Origin: Dehalococcoidia bacterium
GTDB lineage: Bacteria; Chloroflexota; Dehalococcoidia; SM23-28-2; RBG-16-64-32
DNA length: 64,000 bases
Assembly: GCA_963665775.2 (NCBI GenBank)
Contig: CAXXTF010000002.1
Location: 960,001-1,024,000, forward strand
Reading direction: 5' to 3'
A program made the position numbers and the translations under genes. The notes below the pieces were generated by a model, which saw nothing but the letters and a program-made list of their open reading frames with translations, was not told the origin of the DNA and ran no database searches. Below, piece by piece: positions 30,464-41,034 of this stretch (within the stretch, counting starts at the first letter, position 1; every line of letters begins with the position of its first letter).

Positions 30464-32285
30464 ATGGACAACAATTACTGGGCACGATACTGGCGTAACC
30501 GTCTGACGCGCCGAACCCTGCTGCGGACCACCGCGGTCGGTGCCGGCGGCCTCGTTACGGCGGCGGTCGTAGGCTGTGGGGACGACGAAGAGGTGCCGGG
30601 GGCGACTACGCCTGCCGCCACCGCTACCCCCGCCGCAACGACCCCGGGCGCCACGGCTACCCCCGGCCCAACTGCCACCGAGGCCCCACCGGCGGTCACG
30701 CGGGGCGGAAGGTACATTACCGGCGGTTCTACTCGGAGCCCCACCACCACGGACCCTCATAAGAAAGGCGGCAGTGCCTACAGGTCCACCGTGAACAGCC
30801 GTCTGTTCACTCGGGAGACTGGCCCAGGCTTCGACTTATGGGGATCGCCGGGCGTGCCAGACGCCGTCGACACGTTCGAGCAGCCCGAGCCCACTGTCCT
30901 CATCGTGAAGCTCAAGCCTAACGTCCTGTTCGGCCATCCCATCAGCCGGGCCATGACCGCCGACGACGTCATCTACTCCTTCAGCCGCTACACCGGTGGC
31001 ATCGAGGGGGTTCCCGAATCACCGGAAGGGGGAGCTACCAAGAGGATCTTCAAGTCCTGGACCAAGATAGACGATCTCACCGTCCGCTTCGACTTGAAGC
31101 AGCCCCAGGCCAACCTACTCTACTGGATGTCGGCCACCTACACCCCCTTCCTGATGCCCGAGGATGCTGACAAGCTGTACGACGTCGATAACGTGGCGGT
31201 AGGGTCCGGCCCCTGGCGTGTCCAGAATTTCACCAATGATGTCACCCTGGTATTAGAGCGGAACCCTGACTGGTTTGGCGGACCGGAAAGGCCTTACCTG
31301 GACCAGACCGAGAGTCTCGTTTCGGGGGACTACACCTCCAGGTTGACCCAATTCCTGGGCGGCAACTTTATGAGTCTGGTGAATGTCCCGGGTGGAGACC
31401 TCAAGCGGCTACAAGATACGATAGAAGGTGTGCAGCTCATCCTCAACCTTGTAGGAGACCCGGTGAACATGAGCGGCCTAACCTTCTCCCCTGAGAGGAT
31501 CACCCCGAACGCCCCCTGGCGGGACCCGAGGGTGCGTCAGGCAATCTCGATGGCAATCGACCGGGATGCCATGACCGAGGCCGCCTACGACATCTCGATT
31601 CTGCAAGCGCGGGGCTTGGACGTCGAGGTCGAGTGGAACGGCTTCATCCCGGTGGCGATGCGGGAGTTCTGGAACGACCCCAAGCGGGTGGGGCCCAACA
31701 AGATGGATCCGGAGTCGGCCCAGTACTTCGCGTACGATCCGGAAGGGGCCAGAAACCTGCTAAAGGAGGCCGGCTACGAGGGCGGCTTCAGTGGCGGGCC
31801 CTTCTGGTACATCAACATCTTCGGCCCGGGCAGCATCACCATAGCCGAGCTGACCGCCCAGTACCTCGCCCAGGTCGGGATCAACTTCGACCTCAGCGTC
31901 GCCGACTACCGCGGCTACTACGTGCCCTCGATCCGCAACACGGGTGATTACGAGGGGATGGCCTTAGTGCCATTCGGGACGTTCGGGGAGCCAGGTGAGG
32001 TGCTGGTCGGGCATGTACGTCCCCGGCGGCAACCGTAACAACGGCCAGATCGATGACCCGGTGCTGACCGCCCAGATCTCAGACATCGAGCAAGATCTGG
32101 ACCCGCCGTCCCGGAGACAGAAGATCCTCGACCTCCAGAACGACCTCGCTCTTAAGATGTACTATGTGCCGATGCAGGCGGGGGCGGCGCCGGTGGCCAC
32201 CGCCTACCAGCCATATGTACAGAACGCAGTCACACATATCAGCCGGCAGGCCTATAACAATTCCTACTACTGGCTCGACCTGTAG
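30464..32285 (+). CDS. ABC transporter substrate-binding protein family 5 (Tat lipoprotein), frameshift near 32000
   Basis: LTRRTLL Tat motif, VVGC lipobox, GSGPW, DPRVRQAISMAIDR; C-terminus lies in ORF 31995..32285. Confidence 0.85.
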
Positions 32286-32309
32286 GCGAGAGTAGCGTAG
32301 CAAAGGCTG

Positions 32310-32351
32310 GACTAACGCCATCCATCCGTATCCGGATGGATGGCGTTAGTC
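32310..32351. terminator. Long perfect hairpin after the substrate-binding protein gene
   Basis: GACTAACGCCATCCATCCG-tatc-CGGATGGATGGCGTTAGTC (19-bp stem); no U-tract. Confidence 0.6.
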
Positions 32352-32843
32352 GTGCCCGATGAGTGGGTTCGAGTCAGGGCAGATCGACGATCTGAAGTCC
32401 AGAAACGCGGTCGCTTGGAAAGAGCAGTAATTATGCCTCACACACGTATGGGACTTCGCTAAATGCTGGTGGCGTCGAGAACTCCATCCTGTGGGGGCCG
32501 TATCCCCTCCTGCCTACCCTCGCCTGCCCTGCGGATCCTCCCTCCTCGTCCGAAGCCAGGCGAGGGCCGCGATGGGCGGGCCCCACGTCGATACGCTGGT
32601 CCGGGCAGCGGCGGATTCCGATCGCCAATGGCGTTCTGGAAACCCGCCGAATCGCGGGAGTTGGGCGACCGGAGCGGCCGTGAGCCAGGAACGCCACTGT
32701 CCTGAACGCTGTTACCGTCGGCCTATAGTGACACGGGGCCGCCTAGGGCGCGCAGGCCGACGGGGGGCGCGTACCCCCCCCCCGGGTGATCGCAGCCCAC
32801 AGTCCCGCCCTATTTCAGTCGCTGAGCTCTGTAGGTATGACCG

Positions 32844-33992
32844 CTATACGCCCGTTAAGTTGTAGAAGTTGCATGCATTATCGTGCAGGATTAGCTTCCT
32901 CTCATCGTCGGGCACGTTCCTGAACAAGCGGTCGACTTGATTGCGGCTGTTGGGCCATTCATTACCGCCATGAGGGAAGTCCGTCGACCACATGATTCGG
33001 TCAACGCCGATGTAGTGGCGCAGCTCCACACCTATGTGGTCGCACATGAAGGTGGCCCAGAAGTTCCGGCGGAACTGCTCACTCGGAGCCATTTTCAGAT
33101 GGGACTTGCCCGTGATGAAGCGATAGTGTAGCCAGCGGTCATCAGCCTGCTCCAGGTAGCACGGAATCCAGCCAACATTGCACTCCGTAAACAGGATCTT
33201 AATTTTCGGGAAGCGTTCGGCGATCGCCTGGCCCAACAAACTATCGATAATTGGCATGGTGGTGGCGCCGCTCTTGGCCATAGTGCCAAGTGCGACCTGA
33301 TCGGGCCCCATGCCCTCGAAGGTAACGCGTGCGGGCGTAAAGTCTCCGGCGATGTGGATGCAGACAGGTAGGTTCGTGTCCTCGGCCATGGCCCAGAACT
33401 TATCGTCCTCCGGGCTCGGCATCTGCGAGCCATTGGGCCACCGAGTGAGATTGATCCCTGTGTGGCCTTTCTTCATGGACCGCTCCACTTCCGCCAGAGC
33501 GTCTTCGATTCCGGTGGTAGGCACCACGGCCAAACCGAAAATTCTGTTGCCGGACGGTCCGCAGAACTCTTCAACTATCCAATCGTTATAGGCCTGAGTG
33601 CAGGCCAGTATAAGCTCCCGATCGTCCCCGTAAGCGCCGGGGCCAAGAGGATAGATAACCTCGGCACCGATCCCGTCCAGGTCCATGTCCTCGACCCGCG
33701 CTTTCGAATCAAAATGGGAGGGGCGGATCGTGTCGTAGGTAACAACGGCCTCCGAATTGACATCGGTGGCCATCAAGCCACCTGCGTTGGTAGTAACGAA
33801 CATAGGCCGCACATGCTTGCCGTCTTCGTAGGACCATGCATCGCCACCGTTCGGCAGTTTCACGACCTTCGGAGCGCGCTCCTTCAGCTTCTGTGGCACC
33901 CTGCTCTGCCAGAGGTGTGGCGGCTCAGTAACGTGAGAGTCTGAGTCTACGATGTTGTAATCCAGTCTCGCGTGGGCTTGCCCCTGTAGCAT
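32844..33992 (-). CDS. Amidohydrolase family 2 protein
   Basis: VDSDSHVTEP, PVCIHI, RIMWSTDFPH; AGGAGG RBS before MLQG. Confidence 0.9.
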   Translation of the reverse strand: MLQGQAHARLDYNIVDSDSHVTEPPHLWQSRVPQKLKERAPKVVKLPNGGDAWSYEDGKHVRPMFVTTNAGGLMATDVNSEAVVTYDTIRPSHFDSKARVEDMDLDGIGAEVIYPLGPGAYGDDRELILACTQAYNDWIVEEFCGPSGNRIFGLAVVPTTGIEDALAEVERSMKKGHTGINLTRWPNGSQMPSPEDDKFWAMAEDTNLPVCIHIAGDFTPARVTFEGMGPDQVALGTMAKSGATTMPIIDSLLGQAIAERFPKIKILFTECNVGWIPCYLEQADDRWLHYRFITGKSHLKMAPSEQFRRNFWATFMCDHIGVELRHYIGVDRIMWSTDFPHGGNEWPNSRNQVDRLFRNVPDDERKLILHDNACNFYNLTGV

Positions 33993-34544
33993 CTTGAGAT
34001 TTCCTCCTGTCACATAGATTAGGAATCGATCCTGGGCCAGCGATGAACCCTGCAGCCCATCACATCTCTCCGATCTGGCCGCCACGGTCACAAGGCCGGA
34101 CCGTGGTGAGACTATTCTAGTCCTATATCATAAAACGTCAAGGGGCGTTCCCAAGGCCAGATGAGCTTGCGTGAGGCCGCTCAGCGGCGTCGGGTGGAGC
34201 GAGATACGCGGACAAACGGCGAAGCCGCCCTGCCACACCTCCCCGCCAATCAGGATAACCGCGTAACAGATACAGATGTCTATTGCGGTCGTTGCCGGTC
34301 GGTCATGCCCAACCTAGAGGGCCCGCTGCCGTGCCCGGCGTACTGCAAGGGGTGCGTCTAGGCGGACTAGGAGACGCGCCCACAGTTGAGCGCGCCAGCT
34401 ACAAAGGCCCAGGAGCAAGGGGCACAACACCAATCTGCTAACGACTGTAATCACTGGGGCGATTACAGCGGATGAGGTTTTGGCGCCCCACAACGCTTGT
34501 TGGCACCATGCGGGATATGAACCTTGCTTGCGGTGCCATGCACG

Positions 34545-35422
34545 CTATGTACCGGCCCGAGCTGCCTGCAGGTGTGCCTCCGTCCGCGCGATGAAGTCGG
34601 CGAAAGGGCCGGCCAGGCGGGGCAGAAGTTCGCGGGCCGGGGTCGCGTCCAGCACCCTCCCGTTACTGATCTCTATCCACTCCTCGTAGCCCCACGGGAG
34701 CTCGGCCTGCTGAACCTCCGGCAGCAGCTGCGAGACGGCGTCCGATACCTCTCTCGAATGGTGATCGTCGTTGCCGTGGAACAGAAGCGTCGGCGCCCGG
34801 ATCGAGCGTAGGTCATCCTTCGTGCAGCCGATGAGCGGCATCTCCAGCCGGTAGTAGAAGGTCTCGTTCCAACGCTGCATCGTCCGGATAAACTCCTTCG
34901 GATCCAGGGCGAGCAGGCGGGTTCGGTTCCCAGGGTTCTTCGCAATCAGCTCGGAAAAGAAGGGGGTCTCCGCGACCGCCTCCATGCCGCCAGCCTGTGC
35001 CGCGTGGATGAACGGTACGTGGTACTGGTAGCCCAGGTTCTGGCTGGCATACGGACCGCCCGAGGCCATGAAGAGCACCAGCCCCCGCACGACCTCCGGG
35101 TGGCAGGCCGCCGCCATCAGGGAGACGCGACACCCCGCCGACCCGCCGCCGAGGTAGGACGGCGCGATACCGAGCTGCCGTACCAGCTCTGCGATGTCGT
35201 CCGCGCATACTTCCTGCTCCGACCGCTCGCCGCCGAAGTGGACATCCGAGCTGCCGGTGTTGCGTCTGTCCCAGATGACCACCTGACAGCGGTCGGCGAG
35301 GACTCGCGCTAGAGGACGCATCACCGCCTTTGCATTCCGTCCCCCGGAGTAAGTACAAGCGGCGGTCCGCTGCCGAACACCTCGTAGTGGATCGTGCAGC
35401 CGTCAATGGTGATTGTCGCCAT
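34545..35422 (-). pseudogene. Alpha/beta hydrolase, frameshift near 35340
   Basis: MATITIDGCTIHYEVFGSGPPLVLTPG in one frame, then WDRRNTGSS...GGSAG in another. Confidence 0.8.
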
Positions 35423-35598
35423 GCCTGCCCTCCAATCGCTTGCAATCAAGGCGGTCAATGCCCCGGCCCATTCTATCACCGGCATGGGCGGCAAGACTCC
35501 ATCGCGACTGCTTTCCCAGGTTTCCTCAATGGCGCACTGTTTTCTCAAGAGTTTCTGGATAGCCTCCAGTAGCCCAGAGCGATTCGAAGAGCATCCTC

Positions 35599-35618
35599 AC
35601 GCTAAGTCTGCATACTGT
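35599..35618 (+). repeat. Boundary palindrome site 8
   Basis: ACGCTAA-gtctgc-ATACTGT; spacer resembles site 5. Confidence 0.6.
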
Positions 35619-35729
35619 GCGCCTGAGCCGTCACTCTTAGGGGGTCATGCCACGTTGGCGCTCGAGAACATCTCGCCGGGCCGGTCATCACGAGCGTGCG
35701 GTGGCCCCTTACCTAGCGCCCCAGATCTG

Positions 35730-36050
35730 CGGACGGCGCGGACTCTGAGCCCATAGTTGGCCTACATCCCTCAAGTAGTTCAGCGCGGCCTCCACGTCCA
35801 ACACCTCTTGCGGACGCTCTACTTCAGCCAACGTCCGCTTGATGGGTACAGTCTCTCGCTTCAGCCGCTACTCATCGACCTCCCCAAGCACATATAACCT
35901 TCGCCATCGATCCAATTCCCGGCGCAATCGACCTGTTTGGCCTTGATCCCCAGTCTCCCTCCCTGGGGCGGTAACGTCGTCTGAGCTCAGCCACGACTTC
36001 ACCGAGGTTTTCGGGGGGCAGCCGCGGTTGATTCAATTGGCCCGGCCGTT
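35730..36050 (-). pseudogene. Possible coiled-coil C-terminal remnant of another serine recombinase
   Basis: RLRRELDRWRRLYVLGEVDE*RLKRE...EAALNYLRDVGQLW resembles the LYxxGxI..E...LxxxW tail of large serine recombinases. Confidence 0.45.
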
Positions 36051-36086
36051 GACCGGTGATCGCCCCAGCGCTAACATAGCGCCGTC

Positions 36087-36659
36087 ATGAAATCCTGGGT
36101 CGCGCTGGCGCTGGTGGCGGTTTTGGGACTTGCATGCGCTGGCAGCCCCGTGGCTCCAACGTCTACCCCCCCGCCTACGCCGATGCCTACCAGCACTCCT
36201 CCTCCAACTCTGTCACCTCCGCCTACCGTAACGCCGACGCCCACCCTCACGACGGCACCACCACCATCGTCACCCACACCGACACCGACAGCTACGCTTC
36301 AACCTACGCTCACACCTACCCCTGCGCCCACTTTGGAGCCAACACCCACACCGGAAAGCACCTTGCAGATCAAGATGGTGCCCTTCATAACGTTCGACAG
36401 GGAACAGCTATCGATCCCTGCTGGCACTGAAGTGACCATCGTCGCCGACAACATCGACACGGGGCTCTCCCACAACTTCGCGGTCTACGCGAGTAGAGAG
36501 GTGGCGGAGAGCGAAGGGCAGTCGGCGGCCCTTGCCATGACAGAGGAGTGTAAGGGCCCATGTACCCGCCAGCTCACTCTCAACCTGGATACGGGCGAGT
36601 ATTTCTTCCGGTGTGAGGTTCACCCGCCAATAATGACCGGTACGCTGATCGTGCAGTAG
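36087..36659 (+). CDS. Cupredoxin-domain lipoprotein
   Basis: GLAC lipobox, Pro/Thr linker, HNF...YFFRCEVHPPIMTG type-1 copper ligands. Confidence 0.85.
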   Translation: MKSWVALALVAVLGLACAGSPVAPTSTPPPTPMPTSTPPPTLSPPPTVTPTPTLTTAPPPSSPTPTPTATLQPTLTPTPAPTLEPTPTPESTLQIKMVPFITFDREQLSIPAGTEVTIVADNIDTGLSHNFAVYASREVAESEGQSAALAMTEECKGPCTRQLTLNLDTGEYFFRCEVHPPIMTGTLIVQ

Positions 36660-36679
36660 GCCGGTCTTACCGCCGCGGC

Positions 36680-36871
36680 AGTATCGCCGTCCGCCACGTA
36701 CCAGCGCGATTGCGGAAAGCGCTCCGGCTCCAACTAACAGATGGCGTAGGCAGCGAACATGCGGTCCTTCTCGAGGCGAGGCAGGACCTGCGAGACCTCG
36801 GTCAGGCGTCGGATGCGGTAGGTCACGCCGTTCTTGGTCACTACCTCGACCGGAAGCGGGTCGTTCTCCAT
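36680..36871 (-). pseudogene. Fifth, truncated copy of the GNAT-like family (N-terminus only)
   Basis: MENDPLPVEVVTKNGVTYRIRRLTEVSQVLPRLEKDRMFAAYAIC*LEPERFPQSRWYVADGD; TACACT 6 nt before ATG. Confidence 0.85.
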
Positions 36872-37146
36872 GCGCTGAGTGTACCTTAGTCGCTCGCCTC
36901 AGGTGACCACCCTAGAAGGGGCTACCGAGACAGGAACTGGTTCGCAGTCGGCACTCGTGAGCCGTCTCGCCGGGTTATCATCCGGCCCCAAGTCCGGCTT
37001 AACGCCATGTAGTAAATAGAGCACAAGGGGCACAGGGCGTCACGGGGCTTCAAGTTTCGCTTTGCCAGTTCGCATATCATAGGCTAAGGACAGAGAGCCC
37101 GTGGGCGCGTGAGCTCGCCCGCGCTACGGAAGTGAAAGAGCAACAC

Positions 37147-37773
37147 ATGGAGTCGGCAGCAAGAAACCTCAGGGTGCTCATCGTGGCGAACGACTCTCTG
37201 GCCCGATTAGGGCTCGCAGCGCTACTCACGGACGAGCCTGGGCTTACTGTCGTGGGTCAGGCCGGAGAGACGGATCTCTCGGGCAGCCAAGAAATGTATC
37301 ATCCCGATGTGGTCCTTTGGGACATGGGATGGAACACCTCACCTCTCGGCGAGCACGTCGCCGAACAGACTGAAGGGGCGCCGGTTGTAGCGTTGGTGGC
37401 GAATGAAGACGGTGTGGCCGACGCCCAGATGATAGGAGCCCGTGCAGTCATCTTCCGAAATGCGGATATCGAGACCATACGGGCTGCGGCAGTAGCCGTC
37501 GACCGGGGGTTGATGGTTCTCGATCCGGCTTTTGCCAAGGTGACAGCGGCCGGAGTTCGGTCGTCGCGTGCTGCCGAGGATTTAACCTCTCGAGAACGGG
37601 AAGTGCTTATACTGCTGGCAGACGGCCTATCGAACAAGCTCATTGCACGGCGTCTAGATATCAGCGAACACACTGTCAAATTCCATGTAAACGCGATCCT
37701 TGGCAAGCTCGGTGTTCAAAGCCGCACAGAGGCCGTCAGTCATGCCGCTCGCCTCGGGCTGATCACCCTCTAG
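37147..37773 (+). CDS. NarL/LuxR-family response regulator
   Basis: PDVVLWD receiver; LTSREREVL...GLSNKLIARRLDISEHTVKFHV. Confidence 0.9.
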   Translation: MESAARNLRVLIVANDSLARLGLAALLTDEPGLTVVGQAGETDLSGSQEMYHPDVVLWDMGWNTSPLGEHVAEQTEGAPVVALVANEDGVADAQMIGARAVIFRNADIETIRAAAVAVDRGLMVLDPAFAKVTAAGVRSSRAAEDLTSREREVLILLADGLSNKLIARRLDISEHTVKFHVNAILGKLGVQSRTEAVSHAARLGLITL

Positions 37774-37867
37774 ACCTGGCCATTTTTCCAGGTAACAACC
37801 TAATCGAACGGGTGGTGTATCCGTTTCTGCCTCCGCGTAGACTATGGTTACGAAGGAGGTGCTGGTA

Positions 37868-38761
37868 ATGACCGAAATCCTATCAAGTCTGTCCAACGGA
37901 CTGGCGGGAGCAGTCGATGCTGCTAGCCCGGCGGTAGTCCGTGTTGAGGCCCGGCCTCGCTTGGCTGGCAGTGGCATAGTCTGGAACCCAGAGGGCATCA
38001 TAGTGACGGCACAGCATATCATCGAGCGCGAAGACAACCTCAAAGTCGGGCTGCCCGATGGTCGGACGGTGCCGGCGGTGCTGGTTGGCGCTGACCAGGC
38101 AACGGATCTGGCCGTCTTGCGTGCCGAAGCCAAGGATCTCACACCGGCGGGCTGGGCTGAAGCCGCTAACACCCGAGTAGGGCATTTGGTGCTGGCCCTC
38201 GGGAGGCCGGGCCGAGGCGTGCAGGCGACGTTAGGGATCGTGAGCGCTCTGGGAGAAGGCTGGCGCACACCAGCCGGCGGCAATGTAGACCGTTACCTGC
38301 AGACGGATGTAGTGATGTATCCAGGGTTTTCCGGGGGACCGTTGGTAGATGTGGAGGGAGAAGCTCTGGGGCTCAACACATCAGCATTCCGAGGTGTCAG
38401 CCTCACGATACCATTGACGACCTTGCGCCGGGTGGTCGATATGATCCTCACTTTTGGGCGCGTGCGCCGGGGTTACGGTGGCGTTGCTACCCAACCAGTT
38501 CGCCTGCCTGAGGCGCTGGCTCAACAGGTGGGCCAGGAGACCGGTTTGCTAGTCGTATCGGTGGAGGCGAGTAGCCCTGCCGATTCGGCCGGTGTCCTAC
38601 TGGGTGACATCCTGGTCGGACTGGAGGGTAAACCTCTGCGCAGCCTGGACGAATTGTTGGCTTCCCTAAGTGATGACCGGATCGGTGTGGCGATGCCGTT
38701 AACGATAGTGCGCGGCGGACAAGCCCGCGAGCTGACTCTTACGATCGGAGAGCGCAGCTGA
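37868..38761 (+). CDS. S1C/HtrA-like serine protease with PDZ domain
   Basis: GSG...VTAQH, TDLAVL, PGFSGGPL, C-terminal PDZ. Confidence 0.9.
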   Translation: MTEILSSLSNGLAGAVDAASPAVVRVEARPRLAGSGIVWNPEGIIVTAQHIIEREDNLKVGLPDGRTVPAVLVGADQATDLAVLRAEAKDLTPAGWAEAANTRVGHLVLALGRPGRGVQATLGIVSALGEGWRTPAGGNVDRYLQTDVVMYPGFSGGPLVDVEGEALGLNTSAFRGVSLTIPLTTLRRVVDMILTFGRVRRGYGGVATQPVRLPEALAQQVGQETGLLVVSVEASSPADSAGVLLGDILVGLEGKPLRSLDELLASLSDDRIGVAMPLTIVRGGQARELTLTIGERS

Positions 38762-38771
38762 GAAGGGGTGG

Positions 38772-39404
38772 ATGGTGAATCTATTACAAGAGTTGAACCG
38801 TGAGACGGCAGGTGTGATCGAACGGGTACGGAGCAGCCTGGTGGAGATTCGCAACAGCGGCGGAGGCGTTGGCTCGGCGGTGATCTGGCATTCGAATGGC
38901 CTTCTCATCACGAATGCCCACGTTATCCAGCGCAAAGGTCTGGAGGTCAGGTTCAGAGATGGACGGATCCTCCCCGCCCGAGTCCTGGGATATGACGATG
39001 AGAACGACATCGCTGCTCTGGGAGTGGAGGGGCATGACTTGCCTGTAGCGGAAATTGGCGATTCCCGAGAACTCCGGCCTGGACAGTGCGTGTTCGCGTT
39101 AGGGAATCCTTGGGGAGTTATCGGCTCCGTGACGGCCGGCATCGTTGTGGGAACAGACGGAGCGGGCTCGAATATGCGGGCGGACGATCGGGAGTGGATT
39201 GTCGTTGACCTGCAGCTCCGGCCGGGGAATTCAGGTGGACCCTTAGTTGACGTCGGCGGTCGGCTGGTCGGCATCAATACGATGATCTCCGGTCCTGAGG
39301 TCGGTTTGGCCGTGCCAACCCATGTGGTCCAGGGCTTTCTGGCTCGGCTCGGAGAGTCGAGAATGAAACAGAGGGATCAGGCGGACCACAACTGGCTGGC
39401 GTAA
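38772..39404 (+). CDS. Trypsin-like S1C peptidase without PDZ
   Basis: ITNAHV, DIAAL, PGNSGGPL. Confidence 0.9.
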   Translation: MVNLLQELNRETAGVIERVRSSLVEIRNSGGGVGSAVIWHSNGLLITNAHVIQRKGLEVRFRDGRILPARVLGYDDENDIAALGVEGHDLPVAEIGDSRELRPGQCVFALGNPWGVIGSVTAGIVVGTDGAGSNMRADDREWIVVDLQLRPGNSGGPLVDVGGRLVGINTMISGPEVGLAVPTHVVQGFLARLGESRMKQRDQADHNWLA

Positions 39405-39439
39405 ACACCATCGGGTTTGAACAGGCAGCGCCGGGAAAG

Positions 39440-40048
39440 TCAGTTAGTGAGGAGTCCCGGGAAGGAAGTTGAGAGCCCCTCCAGGATGAAATCGGTGGCG
39501 ATGGCGAAAAGGAGTATGCCGACGAGACGGGAGAGGAGCCGTAGAGCAGAGGCGCCTAGGCGCACGAATAGCAAACTGGCCCCGGCAAAGGCGAAGAAGG
39601 CGAGGGCTAGCACCAGAGACATGGCGAGGATGGTGGTGCCTGGCCCCACGGTCTCGGAAAAAGAGGTGGCGGTGGCGAGAGCGCCGGGGCCGGCCAGGAG
39701 AGGTGTGGCGAAGGGGACCAGGGCTATCTCCACAGGCTCCCCCCCGTGCTCTTCGGAGATCACCATAGACTGACCATGGACCACCAGTTGGTAGGCTGAG
39801 AGCAGCAGGAGAGATCCAGCCGCCACCTTGAAGCTCCCTTGAGAGATGTCCAAGAGGTCAAGCACCTCCCTGCCCCACAGGCTGAACAATATCAGCATGG
39901 CGGCAGCAGCTAGCACTGCAATGGCGGCGACCTGAAGTTGGCGAGGGAAAGAGAGGGCACGGGTCAGAACGTAGAAGACAAGCACGTTGCCGATGGGGTC
40001 GATAATGGCGAGGAAAGACACGAAAGCGCGAGCCAAATCCTCACTCAT
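39440..40048 (-). CDS. MarC family membrane protein
   Basis: AIIDPIGN, IALVPFATPLLAGPG, SRLVGILLFAIA; TACAAT 6 nt before ATG. Confidence 0.9.
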   Translation of the reverse strand: MSEDLARAFVSFLAIIDPIGNVLVFYVLTRALSFPRQLQVAAIAVLAAAAMLILFSLWGREVLDLLDISQGSFKVAAGSLLLLSAYQLVVHGQSMVISEEHGGEPVEIALVPFATPLLAGPGALATATSFSETVGPGTTILAMSLVLALAFFAFAGASLLFVRLGASALRLLSRLVGILLFAIATDFILEGLSTSFPGLLTN

Positions 40049-40139
40049 AGCCGCATTGTACAGCCTGAACAGGGCGAGAAGGTGCTGGGTCACAAGGGCT
40101 TATTGCTGCTCCCCGGTTGGGCCGGCCCCGCTTAATGAG

Positions 40140-40159
40140 ACGCTATTCAGCCATAGTGC
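40140..40159 (-). repeat. Boundary palindrome site 9
   Basis: ACGCTAT-tcagcc-ATAGTGC (reverse spacer ggctga, as in site 2). Confidence 0.8.
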
Positions 40160-40566
40160 CAGCTCCCCGGCATTCCCCCACCGGTCTGCACAGAGTTCCT
40201 TGCCGGGACAAACCCGCCCAGTGCTTACCCTCGCAAGAAGTGTTACGATGCTCGCGAGCCCAGCATTCCAGCTGCAGCGACTTTTCGGCTGGGCATCCAC
40301 TCGGCAGGTCTGCAGGTAATCGGCAAGCCGGCTCGTTGAACTCGGAGGGTTCCGGTGAGTGAAACCGATTGGGAGCGACTGATCAGGGACACCATCGATG
40401 GTGGAACACTCCTGACCAAGAAGGTGTTCGGTGGAACACATTCGATGACCGCCCAAGAAGTGTTGGAGCTCCTCTAGAAGAACCGAGGAATCGAGTACAA
40501 GCCGGGCCGACCTTGATATGGGGAATGTCGCATCGCATCTGGTTAGCGTTTTCATGACGGGATGAG

Positions 40567-41010
40567 GTGATGCCGACGTCTACTCTGGAGAACACGATCG
40601 CCATCGCAGCGCCGATCGAGCAGGTATGTCATCTGGCGTGTGCCATCGAGCACATCCCTGAGTGGTTCCTTGGCGCGAAGGTCGCCAACGTGAACCCGAC
40701 CGACATTATGGTGGACACCACTTGGGACTGGAGCTATCGCATTTGGGGCTGGCGGTTCAGAGGCCAGGCCAGGCTGGTGGAGTACGAAGAGCCACATCGC
40801 AGCGCCACAGAAACGTCGGGGGGTGTCGTGGCTCGTTTCCTCTGGACTTATGCGCCCCGGGATGGGGAAACGCTGGTCAAAAGCACGGTGGATTACTCCG
40901 TCCCCATGGGCCTATTCGGCCAGATAGCCGACCGGCTGTTGGTTCGGCGGGCGTTCGCGAGCAATGTGCAACGTAGCCTGGAAAACCTCAAACGGGCGTG
41001 CGAGTCGTAG
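40567..41010 (+). CDS. SRPBCC/polyketide cyclase family protein
   Basis: IAAPIEQV...PEW..., DYSVPMGLFGQIADRL...SLENLK. Confidence 0.8.
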   Translation: MMPTSTLENTIAIAAPIEQVCHLACAIEHIPEWFLGAKVANVNPTDIMVDTTWDWSYRIWGWRFRGQARLVEYEEPHRSATETSGGVVARFLWTYAPRDGETLVKSTVDYSVPMGLFGQIADRLLVRRAFASNVQRSLENLKRACES

Positions 41011-41034
41011 CCGGGTACGGCGGTAGGAGGTTAA

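Noticed and set aside
32352-32380. GGGTTCGAGTC tRNA T-arm-like sequence
   Set aside because: No cloverleaf or matching acceptor stem could be built.
32711-37022. Weak motif-like matches near 32712, 35740 and 37002
   Set aside because: Three or more arm mismatches or a 7-bp spacer; not distinguishable from chance.
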